From NCBI GenBank assembly GCA_951406725.2, contig OX597815.1:148862001-148926000 (forward strand): a stretch of DNA of 64,000 nucleotides, in the 5' to 3' direction. Numbering within the stretch: position 1 is the stretch's first letter; each line of letters begins with the position of its first letter. Made by a program: the position numbers and the translations under genes. Below are positions 26,671 to 40,644 of this stretch, piece by piece. This DNA comes from Octopus vulgaris (Eukaryota). A model generated the notes under the pieces. The model had not been told where the DNA came from. It searched no databases and saw nothing but the letters and a program-made list of their open reading frames with translations.

Positions 26671-26971
26671 TGGTAAAGGATAATTCGGGATTGGCCTCGA
26701 AACGATCGTTCATAGATTTCTTATAGCCCTTATTATATTCTGAATTTAACCCTTTTAAACATCGAAATTCGAAAAGCGAATTCGATAGCATAGATCTGTA
26801 ATTGATCATTGTTATTGGCTGCTCTCTTTGTGATGGTGTGTTTCGTTAAGTTCTGCCTGACAAAGAATTAATAACTTTAACTTTATATTTAGTAACCATA
26901 TGTGATTTAACAGAAACTACGGAGATGTACTTGCATAGCAAGTGACCTGATCTGAGATTGTGTACTGAAAC

Positions 26972-27240
26972 AAAAACTACTGCAAATTGGAAGGTGTTTA
27001 TAAGTGTTAGATTCACTTCAACATTTAAACATGTCAAAATATATTCGCCCCTTTGAGATTACGACCTATTCACTGACAAAATTCTGTGCAGCACGGAATT
27101 TTGTCAATTATCAGGTCGCAATCTCAAAGCGACCAATATATTTTGACAAATTAATTTTAAATGTTGAAGTGAATCTAACGGTTTTTGTTTGTTTTTAAAT
27201 GGCTTATAAACAATTTCCACACTGCAATTGTTTTTGTTAA
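26972..27240. mobile_element. Fold-back (palindromic) MITE
   Basis: gttagattcacttcaacatttaaa / tttaaatgttgaagtgaatctaac and gacaaaattctgtgc-a-gcacggaattttgtc at the centre. Almost loop-less hairpin. Confidence 0.8.
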
Positions 27241-27329
27241 AAAAAGAAATATATTTTAATAATTGTGGTGTGAGCTTCGAAAGAGTGAATTAGCAAAGAT
27301 ATATGCATTCATTGAGAGACTGGGTACAT

Positions 27330-27528
27330 TGTTCTTTTATTTTCCTATTTGTTTCAGTCGCGGGGATGAAACCGTGGTGGGACGTCGACCTGGAAGTTTA
27401 GTTGAACGAATACACCCCACTTCTTCCTTTCTTTCTTTTAAGCCTCGTACTTATTTTCTTTTGCTGAACCGCTAACAAATCAACAACGATGGTTAAAACA
27501 GTGGGCAGAGACAAGCACACACACATGG

Positions 27529-27595
<67 letters not shown>

Positions 27596-27835
27596 CGTGT
27601 GTGTGTGTGTGTGTGTGCGTGTGCGTGTGCGTGTGCATGTGTGTGTATATGTGTGTATGTGTAAGTGTGTGTATACTATTGACTTCTTTCAGTATCTGTT
27701 TACCAAATCTACTCGCCTGATTTGGTCGGCCCGAGGATCATGTATAAGATACATGCGCAAAGTGCCACGCAAGAGGACTAAACCCGGAATCATGTAGTTG
27801 AGTGACTAACTTCTTACCGCACAACCACGCCAGCG
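27330..27835 (-). mobile_element. SINE family B, diverged
   Basis: Recognisable head (ggttgtgcggtaagaag...ccgggtttagtcc) and tail remnants around a microsatellite. Confidence 0.65.
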
Positions 27836-30800
27836 TTTGCCTATAAAATTTTATATCTAGATAATATTTTCTGAAATAACTTATCATATATGACTAGTTG
27901 TAAGTTAAAGGACTTGTAATTAGGTGTCGCCAAATATTTCTATGAAGACCTTGTATACAAATTTCTGATAGTTAATGCTATTAGTTTTAAAACTATTAGA
28001 TACCTTGCAAATTATTGTTTCTTTCCGACAATTTCCATTGCGTTCAAAGCTATCTTATACCAATATCATGAAATAGTATAAATGTTTTCGTTGTCGAAGA
28101 AGATGCAAAAAGAATGTTAAATTCTCTGAAGGTTAGCGATTCTAGGATTTAATCAAAGATATAGAACTGAATATTGTCTGAGGCTAAAGGTTTTAAACAG
28201 TTTTAGAGCTGATATAATAAGATTCCATAAAGCAATAAGTTTTACCTGAAATTGGAATAGAAATTTGGGAATTTACCTATCGACTATGTTTCCATTTCCA
28301 GGTACGTACATTCCGTAGATTTTTAATTAGCGCAAAGTAAGACATTATAAAAATAACACATGCAGTTGATTAGTTTTCCGATAAAATCTTTCGTCTAAAC
28401 GTGCAGGCAACAAATACAAGTTCACATCTCTAAGCACTGCTCCTATACATAGCAAAATTTTAATTTAATTCTCGCGTATCTTTTGAATCTGGCAAAGCGG
28501 GTTAGTTTCAATGATGTCTACTTATTCTAAATAACCTTAAAAGTGGCTTTAATACATCTATTAAATTCCATGAAAATATATGTTTTTTGGGGGTTTTTTT
28601 GAGAACTGTATCCTTATAATGACAGAAATATTATGATTGAAAAATAATAAAAATTGGAGCTCCCGTCAAAAAGTGATCTGAGTCCAATAAATTTTCACGA
28701 CACAACACAGAAACTAGTTCCCGAGAAATCACAATCATAACTTCTGTTAAGCCTCCTTTATGCGTTAGCAATTCTGAAAAACAGACACGTTGTATCCATT
28801 TTTATGAAACAATATAGTATTACATTCCACGAATTATTTTTATGCTTTTAGAGTTAGAAACGAAATAACGGTAGATTTCCAAACATCGAGAGTAATGATG
28901 TTTTACTTCAGCTACTTTACCACGTGTCACAGGTTTAAGCATGACCGATCAGAAAATCTGAAAGAAAATAATTATGCATGTTAAAATCCATTTTCTATTT
29001 AGCAAATCAAACATAAAAATATCGAAAAAATATGACCCGACTTATTTAATATCTCCGTGGAGACACGCATTGTTGCTGAACGATGCAACATTATCGAATT
29101 TGCATTTTAGATAGTTTCCAAAAATTACTATGCGAAAAACGGAGACAATATTAAAGGCGACATGCAGTTAACGATTTGAAATTTAAATAGCTAATCTAAG
29201 AAAATAATTCATGCACTGTTTTGATAATAAGGATTTAAAAAGTGCATTTCATGTTAATATTATTATACGACTATTGATTCAAACTATACTTGTCACAGAC
29301 GTTTTGTTTAATAGCTGTATCAACTGTACTTCATATCAGTTGCAATTATCAACAGTGATGCTTTACCTGAAATTAATTTACAATGTATGTTGACGCTCAC
29401 GGGTAACAGAAGAAAAAATTTTGTTTCAGTAAGAACAGCAATGTTCAGCCAATACTTTTAAACATTTCAGTTCGAAATTCACATCAGTATCCACCTTTGC
29501 CTCCATGATTTCAGTATTCTTTAAGGCTACAACTAACAAGATCATTTTATATATAATTCGATTTAGTACGACGCAGACCATATAAATCCTTAGGACACCT
29601 TCTGCTAAGTCTATTTTTGCGTATAATGGGAATTTCAGAAATGACATTATTTGTTTTTTGACCAAGACTTATACAGAACAATTTTAGCGCAAGCGTATTC
29701 GAAGCTACTTCCCTGTAACGGCTTCACGTACTGAGTCAAATATTTCGACGTAAGAAAACTTTGTGGAAAAAAATGTATGACAGATTGTTTAAAAGATATT
29801 TAGCTACACCATTCTACAAATGTTTCTTTAAAAAAAGTGATTATTCCTTAGATAACAGGTATTACTGAATAAAGACGTGGAATATCGAAGCAGAAATAAA
29901 CGTTCCGTGTAACATCACGCGAACTCTCAAAGCTACGAGATAGTGCATTTCTTAGAAATGATGTGAATGAATAAGCTTTACATTTTACAAAATATCCGAA
30001 TTCTAAGGGATTAAATAAACATGCGCATATAATATATATATGAAAATATATATACTACAATTTATATACATATTTACACACAAATATCCATACACACACA
30101 CATATATATCTACGCACGCACACTCATACATATATACTTACGTGTTTGTGTGCTTGTAAAAATTTGAATGTATTTATATTCATAGTTATATGTATATTTG
30201 TACGCGTGCCTATGTGTAAAATATGTAATATATGCATGTATGTATCTATTGTTCTATATCCTGATGTACATATATGTATATTACTAAATATATGTACGCC
30301 AAAACCCACCATCTCTCTATCTATTACATACGTCAAGCCTAAATATTTGTCGGTGTGCGTGTGTGCAGGTGGGCGTGCGGGTGTGCGTGCATGCATGTGT
30401 GCGTCCCCGTTTTAGTGGGGTACAGCTTGTCGGTATCTCCAAGGTACTTTTGATTTATCAAAAATTCTCCAATCGTGTTATATGGCTTACAATGGTTAAA
30501 CGTCTATAAACACTTAGCATTTTGTCGTGGCTATGTACTTCACAATATTACCTAAGTGTAGTTCTTTGTTCATGAAACATATTTAAGATCATGAAAAATT
30601 ACATTATAAATTATTTCACTCTTTTCTGATATTTTATGCATGAGCTCTGTGAAATATGAAAATGCAGTTTTCACCCTATGTGATATATGAAGACGAAAAA
30701 ACATGGAGTTCTTCACACTGTTTACTTTATATGCATGTATAGTGGTGTGTATGCCCAAGTATATGTATATATTATAAATTCCATATTGATAAGGATACTA

Positions 30801-32380
30801 AATTTTTCCTAATTCTCTTATGCAATAGATAAAGAAGCCATGCGGTGAAATATGTATTCTCTTCAACATCTATTTTACAATGAATTTCAGCCTAATATCG
30901 TTAATGAATCCGCACCTACAAATAATCTGTTGTCATTGTTAAACTTGATTGAAAAGAGTAATTTTATATAAATTAATGCCTTTGTAGATTTGAATGTTTA
31001 TATATAGATGCAGAGAAGCGTACAAGCTCTTATAAAACATGTGCGTTGTACGTATGTTGGGGAAGTGCGCGCACGCGTTGTTGGAAGTTGTAAGCACGAA
31101 AAGAGAGGTAAGTTGATATGCTGAAGATAATAAACTGCACGGAAAGGAGATCCTTTTAATAAAAATGGACCTAAATTTGCAAGTGTATTTTATGAATATT
31201 GAAGTGTATTGCCCATAAAGTGTTTCATTATAGCTAAGACCCGTAGAATTCTGCATTACTGCAAACTTTATCACATACCAGTTATCATAGATTGAAGCGA
31301 TGTACATATTAAAGGACATTCTTACAGTGCAGAACAGAAATACATATATATGACTAGATGGAAATACTCGCTCAAAGAGTTACGATACTATAATCACATT
31401 ATTATAACCAATAAATAGAAGATTATACAAGTCAGTTAAAGATAGGACTGTATATTATGCTCATATATAATATATATATATATATATTCATTCATATCAG
31501 AGAGTCGAAATTAATAGGTCCTTGTCATGAAATGTAGTTTATTGGTTTTATATTTAGTAAGCACATAAGCGTTAGTACAAGCATAATGAAAGATCGGAAG
31601 GAAACCTATAATGAGGAAATGTGAATAATATTGAATTATTTACTACTAAAATGCGCCAATTCATTGATAAAGCCTACATTTTAAAAATTTTACCTTTGTT
31701 TTGTGGAATACGTAGTTTGATGGGTAAACCAATGAGAACTTTAGTATCTAAAATATAATACAAATGGTATTATATTTTGCAAATTATCTGAATACTGATC
31801 TTCTTTAACAACTCACACAGATACGCTTCCTATGTAAAAATGTATAATTAATTAGAAGCTAACATAACACAAAAACAAAATAAATATTTTGTCTGTGTGA
31901 TGGTGTCATTTCAATTAATGTAACATTTTCTGTCCACATCTAAATATGTTTTGCATAGAACTCTACATAATCGCATGTATTTTGTACACAAGTGTAATAA
32001 CCTTCCCTGTGTTGTTCAACTCAATGCTGTACTTATGTTTTTCACTCAAGATTGGTTTGTACATCCCTTATCTAAGAAAGCTTCTGTTTTCCGTGTTCTT
32101 AGACAAAATATCTTAGCAACATACAGGCTGCTTGGAATTATCCCCGCATCTCCCCATGTTCAGGGTGTCTTCCTTCTATTGCTTCTGGTCTTTTTAAGTG
32201 AATTAGAAACCAGAGGCATTTGTACGGTCATCTGTAACAACAGTTCATAAGTAAGACGAATATTTTTACTTTTTTTCCCTTATTACTATTATTATTTCAA
32301 TCATTTAAAGAATATTCAGTGCATGACAATGAACTATTTAGTAAAACGCTATGTTCTACAGTTGACACAACGCGATGAAA

Positions 32381-32597
32381 TATTCCTTTCTACTCTAGGC
32401 ACAAGGCCCGAAATTTTGGAGGAGGAGGCAGTCGATTAGATCGACCCCAGTATGCAACTGGTACTTAATTTATCGACTCCGAAAGGATGAAAGGCAAAGG
32501 CGACCTCGGTGCAATATGAACTCAGAACGTAAACACGAACGAAATATTGCTAAGCTTTTCGCCTGGCGTGCTAACGTTACTGCCAGCTCGCCGCCTT
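32381..32597 (-). mobile_element. SINE family A, full short copy
   Basis: Reverse complement of aaggcggcgagctggcag...gtgcctagagtagaaaggaata. Confidence 0.9.
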
Positions 32598-32982
32598 ACA
32601 ACACGCTGAAATATTGATCAATCAACTGATGTTATATTCTTAAAGAGAAAACATCTCATCAGCTATGCAATTCATATACAGAATGACATAAATATTAAAA
32701 CTGGTTAAATATAAAGTGTAGCTACGCTACAGTTTATACGTCCTGTCATTAAAACTGTAATACGTACATGAAAGGCTTTTTAATGATTTCGTCGGAAACG
32801 ATTTTATGAGAATATGAAGTCATAACGACATAGGAATTAATGCTATTAGAATTTTCTGAAAATATATCTTCTACATAAGTTAAGTAGCATTGTTTATAAA
32901 CAAACATTACCAGTGCAGAACAATGCATTCAATTCTAATCAAACTAATAACGTGGAAAATAACCAAATGAGTATTAATGTAA

Positions 32983-33488
32983 TCTATATATATAAAACTC
33001 TAGTTGTGTGAGTGTCTGTCCCCTTCGATTTAGATTCCTAACTCCTCCCACATTTTGCGGTGCAGTTTAACCAAATTCGGGTATCTTATAGTCGTGATTC
33101 ATATCGAGCCCGTCTGACTATTAGCGCGCGTCAACGATGAGTCTACGATTTTAAAAATAATTTAACATCATTTTTTATTCCATTTTAATGCATAAAATGT
33201 ATCGTATGTCGATGGCGGCGGAGTTGGCGTCCACGCTCACAGCTGCACCTGTTTGCTTCTCCCCCTTCCCTCCCTCGTGAAGCTGTGGGGAAGGGAGTGT
33301 AAAGAAATCAACGTCGTAATGCGTTGTGAAGGAAACCAGCGTTCTTTTAGAACAACGACTTCATGGCTTGAAGACACCAAAACAAAAATGGCTAAGAAAG
33401 CCCGAATTTATAAAGGAAGTAACTCTCTAAAAATGCTTATATAGGTATTTCCCTTACAAACCCGAGCAACGCCGGGCGATACTGCTAG
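32983..33488 (+). mobile_element. Non-autonomous Helitron
   Basis: Inserted between A32982 and T33489. 5' TCTATATATATAAAA, 3' hairpin cccgagcaacgccggg (33461-33476) then CTAG terminus, no TSD. Confidence 0.85.
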
Positions 33489-35181
33489 TATTCTATAAAT
33501 CAGGTATTTCTCTCTTACGATGATAATCCTGGATATGTTCTCACTTACGAAACTTAATCATTCCGTTCTGTCGGTTGCATTTCTTGGCATTAGCTTCATT
33601 AAGGCAAAATGTTCGTTCATTATGGTTGTAAATGTTATTGATTAAATATTTTTGATTCACTACTTTAAGAATATTAAATATTGTTAACGTATATAGATTC
33701 CATGAAAATGGGTTTCGTTCTTATTGATATTTGGTTTAACATATTCAATTTTTTCATTAGATAATCGATTTTAGGGTGATATTCAAATGTTAATGTATTG
33801 TGCTTTTGTTACCCGATGTTCAGCTGATATTTAGTATTCATACGTAACAAGTGCTCTGGAAGTATATTGAGAAACAGTTAACTAAAATATTTTTACAACA
33901 TAAAACTTAAGGGGAAAATTTAAGATTTTCATATTTTGCAAAGAAAAACAAAATCCCGAAAAGTTTAATGGAGAGAGTCATGTCAATGGAAGCTACTTTG
34001 ATGGAAATGCGGTTAAACAATAAATACAAAATCTATGTTTATAAGTAGATTACTTTGTATTTCTGACACAATTTTCTGTTCTGCGTCGTTGTAATGTTTT
34101 CGATTGTCTATAACGTTATTTAGTTAAATGCAGACATCACCTAATTACTTTTCGTAATATCTGACCATGATATATTGAAAAATATCTTGTCATGTCCGTT
34201 TATTATCATGTATTTCCAACGACATATTGTTAAACATGCTATTTACATATGTACAACATGCTTTATTAAATTTTCATGGAATTATATTATGTGTCATTAC
34301 TCTGTCTCACTGTCAACATATTGATAAATGTGTGGCGACTCAATAGACCTTTACCGATAGACAAGCAAACTAATACATTGAATCGATTTGTGCTACGATA
34401 TTTTCTAAAACCTTAAAACGTATTGCAGTCAATGGTTAGATCCGTGATCAACGAGCTGCAAATTCCTTATGGATAATATTGCTGTTCTTGTTTATCTAAT
34501 ATCGAAACGTTTTTATCCTGTATATGACTGAAGACAATCCAGTTGTGACTTATACAACTTCTATACTAGTGTTAGTGTGAGAAAAATTATTCAAACGTGT
34601 TGTCATTCTAGTTGAATAATTACTCTCTCTTTTGAACAAGATTATTATGTTACGTCGATTTTTGAAATACCCTTTTTTATGTGCTTGGGAATGGCTCTTT
34701 TTAGCCACTGATTGATTAAACATATAATGAAAAGACGTTCATCCACAAACACTACATACTTTAATTGTGACACCGAGTCTACATTGTCCATTATTTATTA
34801 GATATGTGTCATTTGATTATAATATTTCGCTGGTCATACGTCGCCACACGGTGTAGTGGGTTGATTTATGTAATGTGGTTTACGTCACTCACGTTTATTA
34901 ATGCAATGGACTTATATGATAGAAGGGTGGGTTAACTACCTGGAAAAATTAGTCTATATTTGACATTCCGATTACTATTGTGAATGTTTTGAATAGATCT
35001 TCATGTCAATAAAATAGGTGCTGAGAATGTGTTCAAGACACGCCTATCAGTTTCACAATTACTATTTGATATTGAAAGACTTTTATCATTTCATTATAGA
35101 GCCATTAAATCTAGGGATATATATCACATGTAGCGGGATTCGCGGTTAAATATTTAATCTTATATTATGGTATTTCTGGAT

Positions 35182-35262
<81 letters not shown>

Positions 35263-37023
35263 TAGATATAGATATTTTGTGTGTGTGTATGAATTAATAT
35301 CTTGAAACTTTGTTGAGAGGTAGAATCCTTCTGTAGAAAAGAGAAGATATACAATACGCAAGATTTGTGAAACGTTATTCTTATTTACTGGAAGATGAAA
35401 CGGAAATATATTTTTCATAGATTATGTGTTTTGAAATTCAAACAGATATGCGAGATGAAAATGTATGTTCTGCAGAGTATATATTTTACAATCGAATTCA
35501 GTTTGTTGTCGTGGGGGTCCATCAAAATTAAAAGTGCCTTCTGCTTCTCTTTTACAATGTTCTGGAAGAAATCATTAAAAGTACGAGTATGTTAAATAAT
35601 TATTTGCTGGATGCAATTAGATCATGCTGAAATACAACAAGCATTTCATTTGTAGTACAGAATTATTAATACTTGCATACATAATCACTTCTTATATAAA
35701 ATATTGCAAAACATATTCTAAAATATATTTACAAACCATAACTAATGCAAGAAAATCTAAATCTAATATGCTATACATTTAGAATTCATGCTTTCCCATA
35801 TATCTCCCTCTCAATATCTATACTTTTAAAAGATTGCATCATAGAGCAAAAAATAATAATTTTTATTATCATAGCTCAAGGGGTTAATAATATTCAGAAA
35901 TCCATAAGAAGTAAAAGCACTTAAATGGCATCTGTAATGCATACTTAAAAGGTTTACGTCATACTGTCATTTATTTCTGCGATGGTGATTGCGTTTCTTG
36001 AAAGATAATATACTGATACATGTCAAGACGAATTATATTTTACTATTACTTTTTGTAGTGGCAAATTTTCACTTTTGAAAGTCACGTGTACATTTTAAAA
36101 TATTACAATATAACGAACAGTTTTAAAGGAGTTAGAAATAATCTGTGTAAAAATATCTGTCATTTCTACAAATTAAATTTGATTGGTTCAAATGTACGTA
36201 TATGAATTTAGCTATATTCGGAAACACGGACATTTATTAAATAACGTGATGCTACGTTAGATTTATTTCACTAAATTAATTAGGCGACTTAACATAGAAA
36301 TAATATATGAGGATATTAACCCTGAACTTAGCAGTAGCTCTCATGAAGTGACACAATTTTTTCAACACCATGGTTACAACTTCAATGTCGACCTTCTGAG
36401 TGTAATAATGTGTCAGCAAAAAGGGGATCAATATTATAAACTAAATGAAACAGCATCACTGTATAGTTACGGTTCCGTATATTTTATAACCATAATTTGA
36501 AATATTCCTTTAACAGAAATTCATTTGAAGTTTCAATTATGTAACAATGGATTTATTCATGCACTTTATCTGTGTGAGGCAGAGAGAGAGAGACGAAGAA
36601 ATAAAGAATTATCTTAGAAGTTTTATTAGGTTACAGGTGTTTCTGCTACAAGCGGCAATGGACTCTAAGTTGAGTAACTGAGTGATACCTTTTAGTTTTA
36701 CCGGAGTCTGGATCACGAATTGCAATTTATTTCGGAAAACAATTACATTTTTACAAATAAACACGGATAAGAATTACCACTGACGAAACGCTCGTGTAGG
36801 TGGTGGGGATCAAATCCGAGTTCTTCCCTCATAATAAGAATAAGATTAATAATGAAATATTCATAAGGACAGATGTGCTAAGATGTAGAGAAAGAGTAAC
36901 TGGATCAATCAGTAGCAAAATATTTATTTATAAACATTCATATGTAGGTTCAAAATATACGCACAGACATGGAAATAAATGCATATGTATATTTATGAAT
37001 ATTAACATATCCATATATGCATG

Positions 37024-37127
<104 letters not shown>

Positions 37128-37759
37128 CATAGATAGTTAGATATGCAAACGCATATGAAGAGATTATATAAACGTACCTCAGAGATATAAAGAGACGAAT
37201 GCAGTCAGTTAAACTGTATTTCAATCTTTTCTGCGTCCTTTCTTGATATATTGACGTGTATTTCTATTGTTATAGAATGCTTAAGAAACATATTTTAAGA
37301 CACGCTGTTCTGTGATATATCTGTTGCAGTGTCATATGTAATCGATTCTGACTGGCGATGTCTCAGAAATATTCTGAGTTATCAGAAAGAATTCCATGTA
37401 GCACGTAATCTCATATAATAATATACTCATTTTCCCCAATTCATTGGGGAAAATGTTATGCTATACACAAGGGAAACAAATCTATTGTGGTTTTCAATCT
37501 TGCTCTTTACGATTGCAATGTGAATGGTGTTGTGCAAGTCAATTAGTAAATGATATTGGACGATATGCTTTCAGATATGCCATTCATGTTTGAAACAATC
37601 CGTTCCTTATGATATTTCGGTCTTTCACTACACTCTCCACGCCACTGTACGTAACAAGTAGATGGCGATTGTTACAAATTAGTAATTATTGTTCTTAACG
37701 CTGACGATGATATCAATTTAGGTACTCCTAGCTTCGGTACGGTAATTGATGCTTAATAT

Positions 37760-37973
37760 TGGTTTCGAACTGTGATACAAGACTGATAAGTTAGATAGAG
37801 GAGGTAAGTCGATGACATCGACCCCAGTTCTCCGGTAGTAGTTATTTTATCAATCCAGAAAAGATGAAAAGCAAAATCAACTTCGGTGGAATTTGAATTC
37901 TGAAAGAAAAGACGGGCGAAATGCCACCGAACTTTTGCCCGGCGTTGTAATGATTCTGGCTGCTCGTCACCTT
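37760..37973 (-). mobile_element. SINE family A, diverged
   Basis: gtcgatgacatcgaccccag...gatgaaaagcaaaatcaacttcggtggaatttgaa matches the family A reverse complement. Confidence 0.7.
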
Positions 37974-38912
37974 AATTGGCTGTTTAATATTCTGAGACCC
38001 TATATGCTAAACAATACTGTTGCATATTGATATGGTTCGAAATAATTGACTGATAGTATCATAGAGTAGTCATCTGTTTCACAATATCTTTACATATAAA
38101 ATCTCTCCTAATTTCTCTTATGAATCTGAAGGTGTCCCAGAAAGCGTATAACTGTTGTTTCTAATTTCAATTGATATTGACTATTTGCTGTTACTGTTGC
38201 TTATTTATAGAAAATGTTATTTTCGGTAATGGTACGATTCCATCATTTATAATATAATTAACAATATATTAATGCCTTATATTAAATCTATTTTATTCAC
38301 TCAAACAATTACACTTGGTTATATGAAACTGTTTACTTCATGTAATTATACTATAGTTATTCTGATTGTGGGATACCAGTATTAAGAATCAGTGGCTGCA
38401 ATCTTACTACCGGAATAATGATTGCACAAAAAACTAATTATTGTGAGAGTTCAAATTCGTTTAAAACACAATATCGTATAGCTATTTCGATACGGTGAGT
38501 ATTTGTCGTCACTTATGCCACTACATATATATGTATGTATGTATGTATGTATTTATGTATGTATGTATGTATGTATGTATGTATGCATGTATAAAGTCCT
38601 GGGAGTGCAGAAAGGGCATTTTTCACTGCATCACCCAAACTGATCTCTGAGTTATCTACGCTGTCGGATTCCTAGCAAATATCAAAATTCTTCCGAAGTA
38701 GAAAATCCAGGGTTCACTACATTATATATTATTGTAGTTAAATGTTCGAAATACGAGACTAGAAAAACAGCCAACAACTGATGAAAGGTCGATTCTATGC
38801 TGTCTGCCTTGTTTTCCATTTGTGTATTTCGTTGTTCCAAAAAATAGTTCATATTTCATGTACTCTTACTTAGTATTTTTTGTACACATTTAGGAAGTCC
38901 TCTGCCCACATA

Positions 38913-38974
<62 letters not shown>

Positions 38975-39044
38975 CATATGCGTACGTATATATGCATATG
39001 CATGTACATATACGTATGTATATATGCATATATATGCATATATA

Positions 39045-39088
<44 letters not shown>

Positions 39089-39520
39089 TATTATCTGTTT
39101 CAACGCCACGCATCCTCTCCAAAATATATATATATATAAGGTTTGTTATGAGAATTTATAGAACCATATCCTCTAGAAACTCAACGATGGAGAAGAGATG
39201 TTAAAAATTTGAAAAAAAATCCATGCCTACAATCGTTTTAAACAGCAATAACAAGGTATAAAAATTTAAATTTACCCGAATTAAAATTAAATTAATTACA
39301 TATTACTGCTCTCTTCAGTGCGAAAAAAGAATACATCTAAAAATATATTATTATTATTGTTACAGAAGACTTGATGGAGTGAGTATCACATAACATATTC
39401 GAATATACGTATTATATCTTTATGAAAGATTAAGAGCATGCTAAGAGAAATACTTTACACAAAAGTAGTACAGGCAATGAAGGAAACTTCCGGTGTCCTT
39501 CTGTAGAAATCTGAACAATA

Positions 39521-40338
39521 CGAGATCAGATCAATACGTATTCAGGATTTTACCATAGTAGCAAAGCCGCTTGGCAAATAATAGACTTCAGCTATGCTGT
39601 GCATGCCCACTAATTTTCAGTGAACTAGGTCACTTTCCCTGTTTGCAGTAGTGCTTCGAATGAAGGTGTGTAGCGTGCGATCGTCGCATTGACCATGGCA
39701 GAGAGAACTGTCATGGCGATATCTGCTCAGATGCCTACGCAATGCTGCACAAAGTTTATGGAGAGGAGTGTATGAGACGCATGGAAGTGTACGAGTGATT
39801 CAGACGTTTTCAAGATGGCCAATAAAATGTCGATATAGATGAAAGTTCTAGGAGACACGCAACCAGCAAAAATGAGAGAAACGTCGCAAATGGGCGCACG
39901 GCTGTGAGGGGAGATCGTCGAATCAACATCCATGAGTTATCAGACGATGTGCTCATTAGTTACGTTCAGTTCAGCGCATTGTCGTTGAAGATTTGGGTAC
40001 GAGACGCGTGTCTGCCAAGTTTGTACTAAAGCTGCTTTCAGGCTATGGAAAGGACACTGGAGTTTCAGTTTCACAAGTACCCCTTGATTCTCTCGTAGAA
40101 CGATAAAAACTTTTTGAAAACATTGCTTAGGCCTCTGAACAGGTATCGCAGACCTTCCTTCTGTGCACAGACGATAACAGACCTTCCTTCTAAGCACTGC
40201 TGTAAACAAAGGAAGTGAGCTAGCACGTTAAAACTTAGCACAACATAGTTTATTGTCAATTTAAGCCAAGCAGATATACTCTGCATGCCTTAGATAATTA
40301 GTATACCATCAGTCCGGATACTTATTGATCAGACCGCG
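39521..40338 (+). mobile_element. Internally deleted mariner element with long sub-terminal inverted repeats
   Basis: TA flanks at 39519-20 and 40339-40. TIRs cgagatcagatcaatacgtattc / cgcggtctgatcaataagtatcc. Decayed transposase HTH AYAMLHKVYGEECMRRMEVYE*FRRFQDG...DRRINIHELS...RRVSAKFVLKLL. 39595-39672 is inverted relative to ~40178-40250. Confidence 0.85.
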
Positions 40339-40546
40339 TAAATGAGCTGATGAAAACATTACTGAATTTACTGCAAGTAAATTCAAGCCCTCTTCTATGG
40401 GCTGGCTAGGATCACATACTGCAAAATCCATACTTCGGATATATATAGATATATTTATATATATATATATATATAGAGAGAGAGATAGATTGAATTATTG
40501 ATTAATTGATAGATATACATGCACACTCACACATACACACACACAC

Positions 40547-40578
<32 letters not shown>

Positions 40579-40583
40579 AGGTA

Positions 40584-40644
<61 letters not shown>

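Noticed and set aside
31351-31372. miR-279-family-like sequence TGACTAGATGGAAATACTCGCT
   Set aside because: No pairing arm upstream, so no pre-miRNA hairpin.
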